From positions 875,741-939,740 of the forward strand of contig CAVVVC010000001.1 in the NCBI GenBank assembly GCA_963751595.1: 64,000 bases of DNA, in the 5' to 3' direction. A model generated the notes under the pieces. It did no database searches. It saw nothing but the letters and a program-made list of their open reading frames with translations, and was not told the DNA's origin. This DNA is from an uncultured Gammaproteobacteria bacterium. GTDB lineage: Bacteria; Pseudomonadota; Gammaproteobacteria; Pseudomonadales; JAHEGP01. Positions 9,493-19,998 of this stretch are shown here, piece after piece (position 1 is the stretch's first letter; each line of letters begins with the position of its first letter). The translations under genes and the position numbers were made by a program.

Positions 9493-11559
9493 CTAACGCA
9501 GGGCCACCGAGGCATTCAGCTGCTTCATATCCACCAGGATATGAGCGGCCTCGGTAACATACAGGTCGTCCTCCGGATCGCTGTGAGCCTCCTCCTCTTC
9601 GCTATCGGCCTCATCCTCGAGTTCGTCAAGGGATTCCAGCACTTCGAGGTTCTTCGCCACCCGGCGGCGGTTCTCTATCGCCAGCAGGCGCTCACGGTTT
9701 TTGCGACTCTCCTCCAAACGCTTTTTCTCATGGAGGGTGATCGTATCGATCTCCCGGGCCTGCTGGCGCAGGGCGAGCTGGTCTTTGAGATAAACGAAAT
9801 CGGGATCGACACTGCTGCGTTCCAGGTGCCGATTGCGCATTTCCTCCATGATCACGTTGAGGTTACCGTAATAGCGATGCTTCATCGGGGCGATGGTATC
9901 CCACCCCAGTGCGCCGTCGAGGGTGCTCTCACCCACTTCCGTCGGGTCATAGATTTCGGGAAATTCGATGTCCGGGACCACGCCACGGTGCTGGGTAGAC
10001 TCCCCCGAAATTCGATAGTATTTGGACTGGGTTATCTTGAGCTGGCCATGGGGCAGGGGGGTCAGGGCCTGTACAGTCCCCTTGCCAAAGGACCGCCCTC
10101 CAACCACCAGGCCACGCTGGTAGTCCTGGATTGCCCCGGCAAAAATCTCGGAGGCCGATGCACTCAGGCGATTGGTCAGCACCACCAGGGGGCCTTTATA
10201 GTAGGTTGTCTTGCGAATCTTGCCCTGGCGCTCCACCCGCATATTGGCGTGGCGAATCTGAACGGTTGGACCGTTCTCGATGAACAGGCCGATAAGCTGG
10301 TTGACCTCGAGCAACGAGCCGCCGCCATTGTCACGCAGATCGATGACAATGCCCTCGACCTGCTCCTTTTCCAGTTCTTCCAGCAGGCGAGATACATCCC
10401 GCGTGGTGCTGCGGTAATCGGGGTCGCCATTACGAAAAGCCTGGAAATCGAGGTAGAAGGCCGGGATTTCAATCACCCCGATTCTGTGCACCTCGTCGTC
10501 CTGCATGATTTCCAGAATTTCCTTGCTGGCGGTCTCTTCTTCCAGTTCGACCTTGCCGCGTTGAATGCGGATGATCCGGGTATTCTTGGGGTCGTCCGAT
10601 TTATCCGGCATGATTTCCAGTCGGACCCAGCTATCCTTGGCGCCGCGGATCAACTCCACCACTTCATCCAGCCGCCAGCCGATGACATTGGTCAATTCCC
10701 CATTCTTGTCCTGGCCCACGGCAACGATCTTGTCATTGCGTTTCAGCTCCTTCTGCCGCTCAGCCGGCCCTCCTTTAACCAGACGTATCACTTTGGTGTA
10801 TTCATCGTCCTGGCTCAGAACAGCGCCGATGCCCTCGAGGGACAGGCTCATGCGGATGTTGAAGTTCTCCAGGCTGCGCGGTGAAAAATAGTTGGTATGA
10901 GGGTCATACAGGGCAGCATAGGTGTTGATGTAAATCTCGAAAACATCCTCGGCCTGAATCTGTTCAGTCTGGTGCAGACGGGTCTTGAAGCGCTTGATCA
11001 GCAGTTCCTGGATCTCGTCATCTGCCTTGTCAGTTACCTTGAGATTGAGGATGCTGTGCTTGATCCGCTTGCGCCAGAGTTCGTCGGCGGCTTTCTTGCT
11101 GACCAGCCAGTCACTCTTGTCCTCCCCCACATACAGCGACTCGTCGATGGTGAAATCGAAGGAGTCGTAATCGTTTTCGAGAACATCGATCACTTTTTCC
11201 AGGCGTTCAACCACGCGTTTACGGTAAACATCGTAGATTTCGTAACCGCCGGATACGTCACCAGCCTCGAGCTGATTGTCGAGCTGTTTGCGCAGGGGCA
11301 TGATCCGGTCAATATCCGCCTGTAACAAAAAGGCCCGGGCCGGATCGAGATTATCCAGATACGCGTCAAATAGACGCATACTCATCTTGTTATCCAGGGG
11401 AAGCTTGTTGTAATGGCGGCTACTGAGGTCTTCCACGATCACCGGAATCACATCCGTCTGTTCATCGGTGGGCTGGACTCTCTGGGCCTTGGCCATTGCC
11501 AAAAGGGGCAGCAGCAACAATGCCAGCAAAAACAGCCTTAAGGGAAACGCTCTTGTCAT
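9493..11559 (-). CDS. prc: Tail-specific (C-terminal processing) protease Prc, S41 family
   Basis: 688 aa with a signal peptide (LLLALLLLPLLAMA) and PDZ-plus-S41 core sequence (TNRLSASASEIFAGAIQDY, GKGTVQ). Confidence 0.9.
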   Translation of the reverse strand: MTRAFPLRLFLLALLLLPLLAMAKAQRVQPTDEQTDVIPVIVEDLSSRHYNKLPLDNKMSMRLFDAYLDNLDPARAFLLQADIDRIMPLRKQLDNQLEAGDVSGGYEIYDVYRKRVVERLEKVIDVLENDYDSFDFTIDESLYVGEDKSDWLVSKKAADELWRKRIKHSILNLKVTDKADDEIQELLIKRFKTRLHQTEQIQAEDVFEIYINTYAALYDPHTNYFSPRSLENFNIRMSLSLEGIGAVLSQDDEYTKVIRLVKGGPAERQKELKRNDKIVAVGQDKNGELTNVIGWRLDEVVELIRGAKDSWVRLEIMPDKSDDPKNTRIIRIQRGKVELEEETASKEILEIMQDDEVHRIGVIEIPAFYLDFQAFRNGDPDYRSTTRDVSRLLEELEKEQVEGIVIDLRDNGGGSLLEVNQLIGLFIENGPTVQIRHANMRVERQGKIRKTTYYKGPLVVLTNRLSASASEIFAGAIQDYQRGLVVGGRSFGKGTVQALTPLPHGQLKITQSKYYRISGESTQHRGVVPDIEFPEIYDPTEVGESTLDGALGWDTIAPMKHRYYGNLNVIMEEMRNRHLERSSVDPDFVYLKDQLALRQQAREIDTITLHEKKRLEESRKNRERLLAIENRRRVAKNLEVLESLDELEDEADSEEEEAHSDPEDDLYVTEAAHILVDMKQLNASVALR

Positions 11560-11937
11560 GGGTCTTAACCTATGGTGATTGAACGCCGATTATGGCGCAT
11601 AAAGCCTCTTTAGCCAATGCAGCAATCGTGCCGCATTTAACCGTATTTCCGTAAGTTACGCGAAACAGCTCACAGGGGATCTGAAATAGCAGTTCCTGCG
11701 AACACCGACGCCGAGGGCGGTGGGCAATGTCAGCAACCGCGCCCTGTCGCGTTGTTTGACTGTGCCAGTTGACGGCAGTTCCCGTCCGGGTCACCACTGA
11801 TCGCCAATCACATCCACACAAGCCCCATCTAATGGCTTGGTATTAAATAATAAAAATTAATAAATACAATGCCCTGTGCGCACAATCAAGATCATTTCGA
11901 GAATAGGGTGTGCCACATTACTTCGGGTAATAAGCCC

Positions 11938-12360
11938 CTAAAAATCAGTCAATGACGCCGCCCCCGGGCCCAGCGGCTGTCCATAACTGAACTCGACGAA
12001 GCTACCGTCGGGGTCGACCAGACCACAGTAGTAGCCGACCGGGAAAGGTTCCTGGCGCGGCTCCCAGGCCAGAATGCCTGCCTCCCGGGCACGCCGGGCG
12101 ATGGCATCGACCTCCGCCCGACTGTCCAACGCAAAGCCCAGATGGGAGAAATCATTGTCCGCCTGGTTGCGCCCGGGTCCCCCGGGTAATATCACCAGAA
12201 TAAAGTCTTTCTCTTTACCGGGTTCGGCCAGCCAGACGATGCGTTTGCCGCGGTTCTCCCGCTGATGGACGATCACCAGGCCGGCATAGGTCTGATAGAA
12301 CGCCAGACAGGCGTCGAGGTCTTTGACGTGAAGGGCGATGTGGGTCAGCGCAATGGGCAT
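11938..12360 (-). CDS. VOC/glyoxalase family protein
   Basis: Start chosen at ATG 12360 (MPIALTHIALHVKDLDACLAFY), a typical VOC N-terminus. The longer ORF to 12438 adds an implausible leader. Confidence 0.7.
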   Translation of the reverse strand: MPIALTHIALHVKDLDACLAFYQTYAGLVIVHQRENRGKRIVWLAEPGKEKDFILVILPGGPGRNQADNDFSHLGFALDSRAEVDAIARRAREAGILAWEPRQEPFPVGYYCGLVDPDGSFVEFSYGQPLGPGAASLTDF

Positions 12361-12382
12361 GAACTTCGGCTCTCCAACACCG

Positions 12383-13555
12383 TTATAACACCCGTACCTC
12401 ACCGTCCGGGTGATGCAGCACGATATCCGCGTAGTCACACTGGCCCGGGTTGCGTTGAAAAATACTGTTGGCGATCAGCCAGACTTTCACGATGCGGGCA
12501 GGGGGTACGCCCATGTAACGGTCGTAGTCGGCATACAGGTCACGGCGCTCGCTCTGCCACTGCTTGAGGCCGTTGGTGCCGCTCCTCACCACCACGTGGT
12601 ATTCCTTGTTGCGCCAGCTGGGCAGCGGGCAATTGTAACCGGTTCCCTCCGGCAGGCTATGACTCCAGTAGTAGGTGATGTCGCGGCCATTATCGAATTC
12701 CACGGCAATACTGAGGTAATCATGGGTGGGGACGGAATCTTCCCTCAGTTCCGAGGGCAGTTGATCGACGCACCAACGCCAACTTAGCGTGGTACCGGGT
12801 ACCAGGGGCAGTACCACGGGAAACTGCAGAATCCCGACATCGGCACGGGTGTTGCAGTGAATGCATGCACTCCCCTGAGCGCTGGTGCCCTGTCGGAAGA
12901 TCTGGGCCGGCCCCAGGTTCCACAGGTAATTCCAGCCCGGCGGGGTGTTGTCTCCCTGCTCAATCCGCGCAATTTTACTGGCCAGGTGATCCTCGAAGTC
13001 GCCGTCCGCTACCAGTTGCTTTAACCCCGCCAATGCGCTCCCGGCCCAGCGCACTACGATCACGGTGAAGTCGCCGCTGACTTTGCGATAGACTTCGTCA
13101 TCGAGCCGGCGGGCACCGGCGCGGTCGGCCCAATCGTTGGGAAAGTAGTTGCCGAAAAACAGTTCACCCGGCTGGGCGACATCAAAAGAGTGGCTATCGT
13201 GGATGCCGCGAAAAACCTCACCCTCGGGACCGACCCGACACCAGAGCTGAAGCGCCGGCGTCATCCATATATCCAGCGCCCGGTTGGCGTAGACCCGGCC
13301 CCGCGCAAAAATACTCACCGCCTCGCCAGCCTGTAGCGCGATGCCTGTCCCCAACCAGGGCGGTTGTCGCGCTGACAGTTGCAACGTTCGGGTTTCGCGC
13401 ACTACTGACCGGGGCGCATTCTCGAACAGGGGCTGGAGGGCGGCGACAAAGGCATCGTGGTCGGGCTCGGGGGCCACCTCGCGGCGCAATCGCCGGGCGG
13501 CGGCGCGGGCGCCCAGCCGAGTGGCAACGGACAGGTCGGTTATCAGTCCTGGCAT
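12383..13555 (-). CDS. Hypothetical protein with DUF3047-like C-terminal half
   Basis: 390 aa. The C-terminal LSWRWCVDQLP...DYLSIAVEFDNGRDITYYWS...VWLIANS pattern resembles DUF3047. The N-terminal half was not recognised. Confidence 0.45.
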   Translation of the reverse strand: MPGLITDLSVATRLGARAAARRLRREVAPEPDHDAFVAALQPLFENAPRSVVRETRTLQLSARQPPWLGTGIALQAGEAVSIFARGRVYANRALDIWMTPALQLWCRVGPEGEVFRGIHDSHSFDVAQPGELFFGNYFPNDWADRAGARRLDDEVYRKVSGDFTVIVVRWAGSALAGLKQLVADGDFEDHLASKIARIEQGDNTPPGWNYLWNLGPAQIFRQGTSAQGSACIHCNTRADVGILQFPVVLPLVPGTTLSWRWCVDQLPSELREDSVPTHDYLSIAVEFDNGRDITYYWSHSLPEGTGYNCPLPSWRNKEYHVVVRSGTNGLKQWQSERRDLYADYDRYMGVPPARIVKVWLIANSIFQRNPGQCDYADIVLHHPDGEVRVL

Positions 13556-13726
13556 GGGTGTGTTCCTCCGCCGATGAGTGCTTTTACGGCGCCTTGCATC
13601 CCCCGGGCAAACCGTGAACCCGATTTACCCCAGGCACCGATATATGGCGACCAACCGCGCTGTGGTAAGCTCTTAGCCGGTCACAAGGCGCAGACCTACA
13701 ATAACATGACCCGGGGACGATAAACC

Positions 13727-15172
13727 ATGAAGCGAATGAGCGGTACCGACGCGTTTTTGCTGGGCATTGAAACTCCCCGCTGTTACATGCATACCCTGAA
13801 GATTGCCATTCTCGACCCCAGCGATGATCCCGCCGGCTGGTCCTTCGACCGGTATCGCCAACAGGTGAGCAAACGTTTGCACCTGATTCCGGCCTTTCGC
13901 CGAAAATACGTACCTTCGCCCCTGGGCCTGAGCCATCCCCTGTGGATAGAGGACGCCGATTTCAATATCGATTACCACCTGCGTCGGGTCGCGTGCCCGG
14001 CACCGGGGGACCAGCGAGCCCTCTGCCATTTCATGTCGGACGTTTACGCCTATCAGCTGGATCGGAGCCGACCCCTGTGGATGACCTGGGTTGTCGAGGG
14101 CCTGGAAAACGGCAGGGTGGCGCTGGTGACCATGGTCCACCATGCCTATTTTGACGGCGTCGGTGCTTCCTATGCCATGCGCCAGTACTTTTCGCAGGAG
14201 CCAGGCTATGAACCCGAGCCGCCGGCAATCACCTGGCAGGGGGAAAAAACACCATCCTGGTTTAAAACGCTGTTACTGGGCGCCCGGGACTTGCCCGGCG
14301 TAATCGCCGGCAACCTGCCGAAGCTGATCAGCGGCATCAAGAACCTGCAAGCACTGGAAAAGCGCTACGAGGAGGAAGGCAAACCCAGGCATCCCGCACC
14401 CAGCATGATGCCAAAAACACCGATAAACCTTTCCCTGTCCCATGGCCGCAGTTTTTTTTGCGACACCATTGGGCTGGAGCGGATGCAAACAACCCGCCGG
14501 ACCCTGGGCGTCACCCTGAACGATTTGTACCTGTCCTGCTGTGCGGGAGCGGTACGCAGGCTATTGCGCGATCTCGATTACAACCCCGATTCCGGCCCCC
14601 TGATCGCGGGAATTCCGATGTCGGGTGCCCGCCCGGAGGGAATGCAGGGGGAGGGCAACTATGCCACCGTGGACTATACCTGGCTGCACGTCGAGATCGA
14701 AGATCCGATGAAGCGGCTGCGCGCCAGCAGGCGTTCCGCCCAGGAAATGAAGGAGCACATGGAGGCCGCCCGGGGCGCCGATATCTCTGCACTTGTGCAA
14801 CTGTCGCCGCCCTGGCTGACCCGACTGATTCGCTGGCGTATCAACGCCCAGCAAGGCAAGTTCGGCCTGTTTGGCAACATCCTGCTATCCAATGTGCCGG
14901 GCCCCCGGGAGCCCCTCTACCTGGAGCATGCGAAAGTTGCAAACTGGTTTTCCACCGGACAAATCTTCGATGGTACCGGGATCAATATGACGCTCTGGAG
15001 TTACTGCGAAAACGCCAACCTGTGTGTACTTGGCGATAGTGAGATCCTGCCCGACGCCATGGTTGTGTTCGATTATTTCTGCCAGGAACTGCAAGCCCTG
15101 GAAGCATTGGCCCGTGAGCATCCTCCGGCTCGGGAAAGCAGCGCCAGGCTGACCGCCGATTCATCGGGCTGA
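13727..15172 (+). CDS. Wax ester synthase/diacylglycerol acyltransferase (WS/DGAT) family
   Basis: 481 aa with the catalytic HHxxxDG motif (MVHHAYFDGVG). N-terminus MSGTDAFLLGIETP is typical of the family. Confidence 0.85.
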   Translation: MKRMSGTDAFLLGIETPRCYMHTLKIAILDPSDDPAGWSFDRYRQQVSKRLHLIPAFRRKYVPSPLGLSHPLWIEDADFNIDYHLRRVACPAPGDQRALCHFMSDVYAYQLDRSRPLWMTWVVEGLENGRVALVTMVHHAYFDGVGASYAMRQYFSQEPGYEPEPPAITWQGEKTPSWFKTLLLGARDLPGVIAGNLPKLISGIKNLQALEKRYEEEGKPRHPAPSMMPKTPINLSLSHGRSFFCDTIGLERMQTTRRTLGVTLNDLYLSCCAGAVRRLLRDLDYNPDSGPLIAGIPMSGARPEGMQGEGNYATVDYTWLHVEIEDPMKRLRASRRSAQEMKEHMEAARGADISALVQLSPPWLTRLIRWRINAQQGKFGLFGNILLSNVPGPREPLYLEHAKVANWFSTGQIFDGTGINMTLWSYCENANLCVLGDSEILPDAMVVFDYFCQELQALEALAREHPPARESSARLTADSSG

Positions 15173-15197
15173 CGGCTGAAACTGAATGCCCTGAGTG

Positions 15198-15707
15198 TCA
15201 GTCCAGCAGTGGCGCCGGATAAATCAGTTTACGGGTATCGAAACCCAGCTTGCGGGCTTTGTCGACCAGCCGCTCCAGGGTTGCCGGGTCGAGCTCCGGT
15301 TCCCTGGCCAGAATCCACAGGTAACTGTAATTGGGTCCGCTCACCAGGGCATACTGGCCCGGGTCGTGCTCGACGATAATGTAGCTGCCGTAAAACGGGC
15401 CGAAAAAAGACACCTTGAGGTGCCCGACATTGGCGTCTCCCACCAGGTACGCCTTGCCCCGTGCCTCCTCCCACTCTTCACTGGCTGTGGAAAATCCCCG
15501 GTTGACCACCGTCACGCCGCCATCCGGCCGCAGGCTGTAGTGAGCCGTCACCTGTTCCAGGTTACGTTCAAAGGAATGGTCCAGGCGGGCGATTTCGTGC
15601 CAGGTGCCCAGGTAACGCTCAATATTGAAATCGTCGATGGGCTGGACACCGTCGGGAATTCCCGTGCAACCGGTCAGGACCAGGAGAAGTGCAAACAGTC
15701 GTTTCAT
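15198..15707 (-). CDS. blc: Outer-membrane lipocalin Blc
   Basis: 169 aa with lipobox LVLTGC and the lipocalin signature DFNIERYLGTWHEIARLDHSFE. Confidence 0.85.
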   Translation of the reverse strand: MKRLFALLLVLTGCTGIPDGVQPIDDFNIERYLGTWHEIARLDHSFERNLEQVTAHYSLRPDGGVTVVNRGFSTASEEWEEARGKAYLVGDANVGHLKVSFFGPFYGSYIIVEHDPGQYALVSGPNYSYLWILAREPELDPATLERLVDKARKLGFDTRKLIYPAPLLD

Positions 15708-15762
15708 GGGTGTACCTGTTCCGGCCCAGTGTCACCCAACATGGCAACACTGGGCGGCGGAA

Positions 15763-17670
15763 TCAATCGAGGTTACGTTTGATAAATGCCAACAACGGCG
15801 CTATCACGTTGTTGGTGTCGTCATCGTCGGCGGTGAGGATATCCAGGTGAGCATAACCCTCGGATAGGTAGACTTCAAACCCCCCCGCAACACCGCCGAA
15901 AGTGGGGAAAGCCTCGCTGGGATTAAAGCGGTCGAGGATTCGCCCGCTGGCACCATCGCAACTGGCCGCGGCACACGGTGCGATGGCATCGGCGAATCCC
16001 AGCCAGGACGCCGGCACCGGGGTCAGGCCGTTGCTGCCGCCAAAGGCGATCACCGGAACATCGATACTGAGGGCCTGGGTGCGGTTGTCGATATCGCTGC
16101 GCCCCCTGCCCAGGGGCTCGGGCAGCGACAGCGCACTGGTATCGAGCCCCAGCCCGCTGGTAACCCCGAGGCCGGAAGACGGATAATACCAATCCGAAAA
16201 GTTGGTTTGCCCCTGGTAAAAAATGGGCAGCATCCGACCCTCGAGGTCGGAGGGTTCGACCTCCAACCCCCAGACACCGGCGTTTTCGAGGGACACGGGC
16301 GCCGGCCCATTGTCGGCGAAGGCTTCCGCGGGGATACCCTCACCCTTGCTCAGCCAGGTGAGCAAGCCATCCACCTCCGGACCGGCAAAGCCCACCGAGG
16401 TGGCGACAAAGCTGGCGAGGCTTGCCACCACACCATCGTCATCGAGAAACTGCCCCAGAAATTTGCTCGAGGTTGCTGGCGCGCTGCCGAGCAAAGCCCC
16501 CAGTCCGGCCAGTTCCGGTACTTTGGCAAGCGCGTTGTTCCCGGGCTCGCCGTTCTGGTCGACCTGGAGAATCGTCTGGGCGGACTCGCCGTTGCGTATC
16601 GCGTCCAGTGCTACCACCTCCGAAAACGCAAGCACCTGGGGTGACAGCAGACCACTGAACTCGGCGTATGCCGACTCCGGCGCGATACAGGCCCGGTTGT
16701 CCAGCGCCCCGCAGCCGATGGCTTCGGTGGCGACCGAGCAGGGGGTAATGCCGTCGCTGCAGCGGGGTGCCTGGTCCCTGACCGCAGCGTACAGACCGCC
16801 ATCGAAGCGGGCTTCTATCCGATCGAGCACGGCGGGGTCGGGCGCGGTTTCGGCGAGGCTGCCCCCGCCACCCTCGAGGAGCACCAGGCCCCGAAGCTTG
16901 CGATAGCCCGGCTCCACGCTGGCATCGTCGAAGGCAAAATCGGTAGCGGCGTAGCGCGCGGCAAAACCGGTGCCGGCGGAATGACCGGCGAGAAAAACAT
17001 TGCCACCGCGCACAGTGTTCAGGGCCTGCTCGACCACCGCGTCGATATCCAGCGAATGCACCAGCGGGGTCCACTGGGCGAGAAAGGCGGTATCGACATT
17101 GCTGTTGTAAAAAATGGCGCGACGATTGGGCCCGTTGACCAGTTCCTGACTCAGGGGCAGTCCCAGTTCCTCGCCGAACAGGAAGTCCAGGCCTATTTGC
17201 GGGTTGCGCCGGGCCTCGGCGATATCCAGGCCAACGGTATCCTCGAGCTGGTTGGAGCGCCTGTCGATGGCCCACACTTCGAGTACGATGGCGTCCTGTT
17301 CCCGCGCCCGCGATATCAGATTCTGGGCGAACATCGCATAATTCGAAGCGCCGCCCTCGAAGCCGGGTATGGCCACCACAATCGCATCGGGTTGCAGCGT
17401 AGCCTGATCGGTCAGAAAGTAGCGCGTATAACGCGCTTTGTTCAAGTCCGGTGCAGTGCCGTCGAACTGGCGCAGCAGGTTCGGATTGTCGACCACTACA
17501 CCGGGACTACCCGGGGTAAAGGCCGGTTGGGCGCGACTGGGCAGGTCGATCGTCTGCTGGGAGTAGCGCTCCCCATGGGGGGTATTGCCGGCTCCCGGTT
17601 CGCTGTCAATGCTGCAGCCCTGCAGCAGCATCAGGCAGAATAACAGTAGGGCAGGCAGTTTCAGGGGCAT
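15763..17670 (-). CDS. Alpha/beta-hydrolase lipoprotein (putative secreted lipase/esterase)
   Basis: Start chosen at ATG 17670 (MPLKLPALLLFCLMLLQGCS lipobox). Nucleophile-elbow motif VFLAGHSAGTG. The ORF-track start 17892 adds 74 unlikely residues. Confidence 0.6.
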   Translation of the reverse strand: MPLKLPALLLFCLMLLQGCSIDSEPGAGNTPHGERYSQQTIDLPSRAQPAFTPGSPGVVVDNPNLLRQFDGTAPDLNKARYTRYFLTDQATLQPDAIVVAIPGFEGGASNYAMFAQNLISRAREQDAIVLEVWAIDRRSNQLEDTVGLDIAEARRNPQIGLDFLFGEELGLPLSQELVNGPNRRAIFYNSNVDTAFLAQWTPLVHSLDIDAVVEQALNTVRGGNVFLAGHSAGTGFAARYAATDFAFDDASVEPGYRKLRGLVLLEGGGGSLAETAPDPAVLDRIEARFDGGLYAAVRDQAPRCSDGITPCSVATEAIGCGALDNRACIAPESAYAEFSGLLSPQVLAFSEVVALDAIRNGESAQTILQVDQNGEPGNNALAKVPELAGLGALLGSAPATSSKFLGQFLDDDGVVASLASFVATSVGFAGPEVDGLLTWLSKGEGIPAEAFADNGPAPVSLENAGVWGLEVEPSDLEGRMLPIFYQGQTNFSDWYYPSSGLGVTSGLGLDTSALSLPEPLGRGRSDIDNRTQALSIDVPVIAFGGSNGLTPVPASWLGFADAIAPCAAASCDGASGRILDRFNPSEAFPTFGGVAGGFEVYLSEGYAHLDILTADDDDTNNVIAPLLAFIKRNLD

Positions 17671-17960
17671 GTCTCGCTTCCAATCAATGATTGTTGCTGG
17701 GCGACTCTTTGTCGTGCGGGGCGAACTGTACACAATCGTCGCCAGCTTTTGCAATCGGGGTTGACCTTGCCAGCCTGGAGGCTGGTCAATCAATGCGAGC
17801 AGGTCAGGGGGCTGTCCAAAACCCGGCGGCATATTTGGACATTCAGTCCCCGAGCGTATATTCTGCCGGGCCGATCGCTTGAAGCCATCCACCTGTTAAA
17901 CAGCAAGCCCGGCAGACGCAGCAAGCCGACAAGAGCAATGGATCTACTGGACAGTGCCCT

Positions 17961-18545
17961 ATGAGAAAATGGCTCGCGCGTTGGTTCCTCAACCTCGGCG
18001 GTTGGCGTCTGGAAGGGGTGAAGCCTGAACACAACTCCTACGTCCTGATCGCAGCGCCCCATACCTCGAACTGGGATTTCGCGTACATGTTGGCCTTTGC
18101 CACCTTGTTCGACATCAAGATACGCTGGATGGCCAAACACAGCCTGTTCTACCCACCAATGGGGTGGATCACCAAAGCCATGGGGGGTATCCCCATCAAA
18201 CGGCATAAAAACGGCAACGTGGTGGCGGATATGGTCGAGCTGTTTCGAAACAACCCGAACCTTGTGTTGGCCGTACCGGCGGAGGGCACCCGGTCACGCA
18301 CCGAGTACTGGAAGTCGGGCTTCTACCACATTGCCCGGGAAGCGGGCGTGGCAATCCTGCCGTCGTACCTGGATTTCAAGGAAAGAAGAGGCGGATTCGG
18401 TCCGGCGCTGATGCCAACCGGGGACATCAGCGCCGATATGGACTACTTCCGCGAATTCTACGGCCCCATGGAGGGCAAACATCCCGAGTCTTTTGGTCCG
18501 ATTCGACTCCGGGAAGAAGCCCAGGGAATTGATTCAGCCCAGTAG
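17961..18545 (+). CDS. Lysophospholipid/1-acylglycerol-3-phosphate acyltransferase family protein
   Basis: 194 aa with acyltransferase motifs HTSNWD (HX4D) and PAEGTRS. Confidence 0.7.
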   Translation: MRKWLARWFLNLGGWRLEGVKPEHNSYVLIAAPHTSNWDFAYMLAFATLFDIKIRWMAKHSLFYPPMGWITKAMGGIPIKRHKNGNVVADMVELFRNNPNLVLAVPAEGTRSRTEYWKSGFYHIAREAGVAILPSYLDFKERRGGFGPALMPTGDISADMDYFREFYGPMEGKHPESFGPIRLREEAQGIDSAQ

Positions 18546-18818
18546 CGCGGCGTCTTCCGGGTGTTTTTCGAACATGTTCGCAATATAAGAGCAAACCGGC
18601 ACCACCCGGAGCTGGTTTTCCCTGGCGTAATCCACCATGCGACGGTAGAGGCGCTCGGCGATACCCTGACCGCGCAGTTCACGGTCCACTGTGGTGTGAT
18701 CCACCACCATGGTCTTCACCCCGTCCCATCGGTAACTGAGCTGCGCGGCGTTCTCGATGAAGAAGCGCCCGCCGGATTCATTGTTTTCGTGCTCGATGCT
18801 GGTTTGCTCCAGGGCCAT
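18534..18818 (-). CDS. Small GNAT-like N-acetyltransferase (YjdJ-like)
   Basis: 94 aa. RGQGIAERLYRRMVDYARENQLRVVPVCSY resembles the compact GNAT family. Confidence 0.55.
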   Translation of the reverse strand: MALEQTSIEHENNESGGRFFIENAAQLSYRWDGVKTMVVDHTTVDRELRGQGIAERLYRRMVDYARENQLRVVPVCSYIANMFEKHPEDAALLG

Positions 18819-18992
18819 TATGCGTACTTCCTTTGTCGGTATGGTCGAATGCTGCGGTTACTCTACTGCGGATTGCACCGGGCATCAATTTGCGCACGAC
18901 TTGGATGGGCAAAAAAGGAGACTGAGCACCGGCGCCTCCATCCCATCCAATCCCTGGCCGGCTGCTCGCCGGACTGCTGCGGCTGCGCGGAT

Positions 18993-19853
18993 TCACGCTG
19001 CCGGCTCCCAGCTTGCGATGATGTCCGCAAGGGCAGCGACACCGTCGGTCAGGGCCGCAGGCCCCGGCTGCAGTATTATTGAGGACTTCACCTCGAACAA
19101 CTGGCCGTTCGCCACCGCATTGATCCCCTGCCAACCGGGGCGGCTGGCAACTTGCTGGGCCCGGAACTTGCGGCCACACCAGGAGCCGATAATGATGTCC
19201 GGATTGCGCGCCACCACGTCCCCGGGCTCGGCGATAATCCGCCCGGTAGCACCTGCGCTGGTACTCAGCTCGGCAAAACAGTCATCGCCGCCGGCAATGT
19301 TGATCAGCTCCGAAACCCAGCGAATGCCGCTGATCATCGGCTCGTACCACTCTTCGAAATAGACTTTCGGCCGCCGCAAGCGGCCCCGGGATACCTGCTC
19401 GATATTCTGCAATCGAGCGCGTAGCTCAGCCACCAGTTCCCCGGCGCGCTCTGCTGCCCCGACCATCGCGCCCAGTAACTGCATCATCGCCAGGATCTCG
19501 GCGACGCTGCGCTGGTTGAAAATGTGCACGGCAACGCCGGCGCGCACCAGTTCGGCGGCGATGTCGGCCTGCATGTCGGAAAAACCCAGCACCAGATCCG
19601 GCTCCAGCGCCAGGATCTTGTCGATTTTGGCACTCGTGAATGCCGATACCCGCGGCTTTTCCCGGCGCGCCCGGGGCGGGCGCACAGTATAGCCCGATAT
19701 CCCGACAATGCGGTCTTGCTCACCAAGCAGGTAGAGCGTTTCGGTCGTCTCCTCGGTCATACATACGATGCGCTGGGGATAGCTTGATAGCGCGAGGGGC
19801 ATAATAGTCTCCGGGAAACCAAGGGCGGTCATTGTCATCCATCCGCCGGCCAT
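18993..19853 (-). CDS. Periplasmic-binding-protein-fold cobalamin/iron-siderophore-binding protein (BtuF-like)
   Basis: IVCMTEETTETLYLLGEQDRIVGIS and PDLVLGF are typical of type III PBPs. No clear signal peptide. The start is uncertain (alternative ATG 19802). Confidence 0.6.
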   Translation of the reverse strand: MAGGWMTMTALGFPETIMPLALSSYPQRIVCMTEETTETLYLLGEQDRIVGISGYTVRPPRARREKPRVSAFTSAKIDKILALEPDLVLGFSDMQADIAAELVRAGVAVHIFNQRSVAEILAMMQLLGAMVGAAERAGELVAELRARLQNIEQVSRGRLRRPKVYFEEWYEPMISGIRWVSELINIAGGDDCFAELSTSAGATGRIIAEPGDVVARNPDIIIGSWCGRKFRAQQVASRPGWQGINAVANGQLFEVKSSIILQPGPAALTDGVAALADIIASWEPAA

Positions 19854-19998
19854 TGGCCAGCTCGGGCCAGGTCCGGGGGCGGCCCCCGTGCGGCGATGGT
19901 TTGCACCAAATTAGCTCTGAAAGCTCCCCGTGGCCTTGCTACAATCGGCGTCAACAGTGGCCGGTCTGGCACCGTGAAAAACCCAAAAGAGATGCGGA

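Noticed and set aside
11560-11937. 378-bp intergenic region upstream of prc, with an AT-rich stretch (about 11840-11875), as a possible sRNA locus
   Set aside because: No terminator-like hairpin with a T-tract and no conserved structure could be identified by eye. It is most simply the prc promoter region plus the end of the VOC gene transcript.
19803-19998. Cobalamin riboswitch upstream of the BtuF-like gene (GCCACTG, GGTGCAAACC and a B12-box-like GGACCTGGCC on the minus strand)
   Set aside because: The conserved blocks are out of the canonical order, the B12 box is imperfect and the region is short. It cannot be supported without a covariance-model scan (Rfam cobalamin model), which would settle it.
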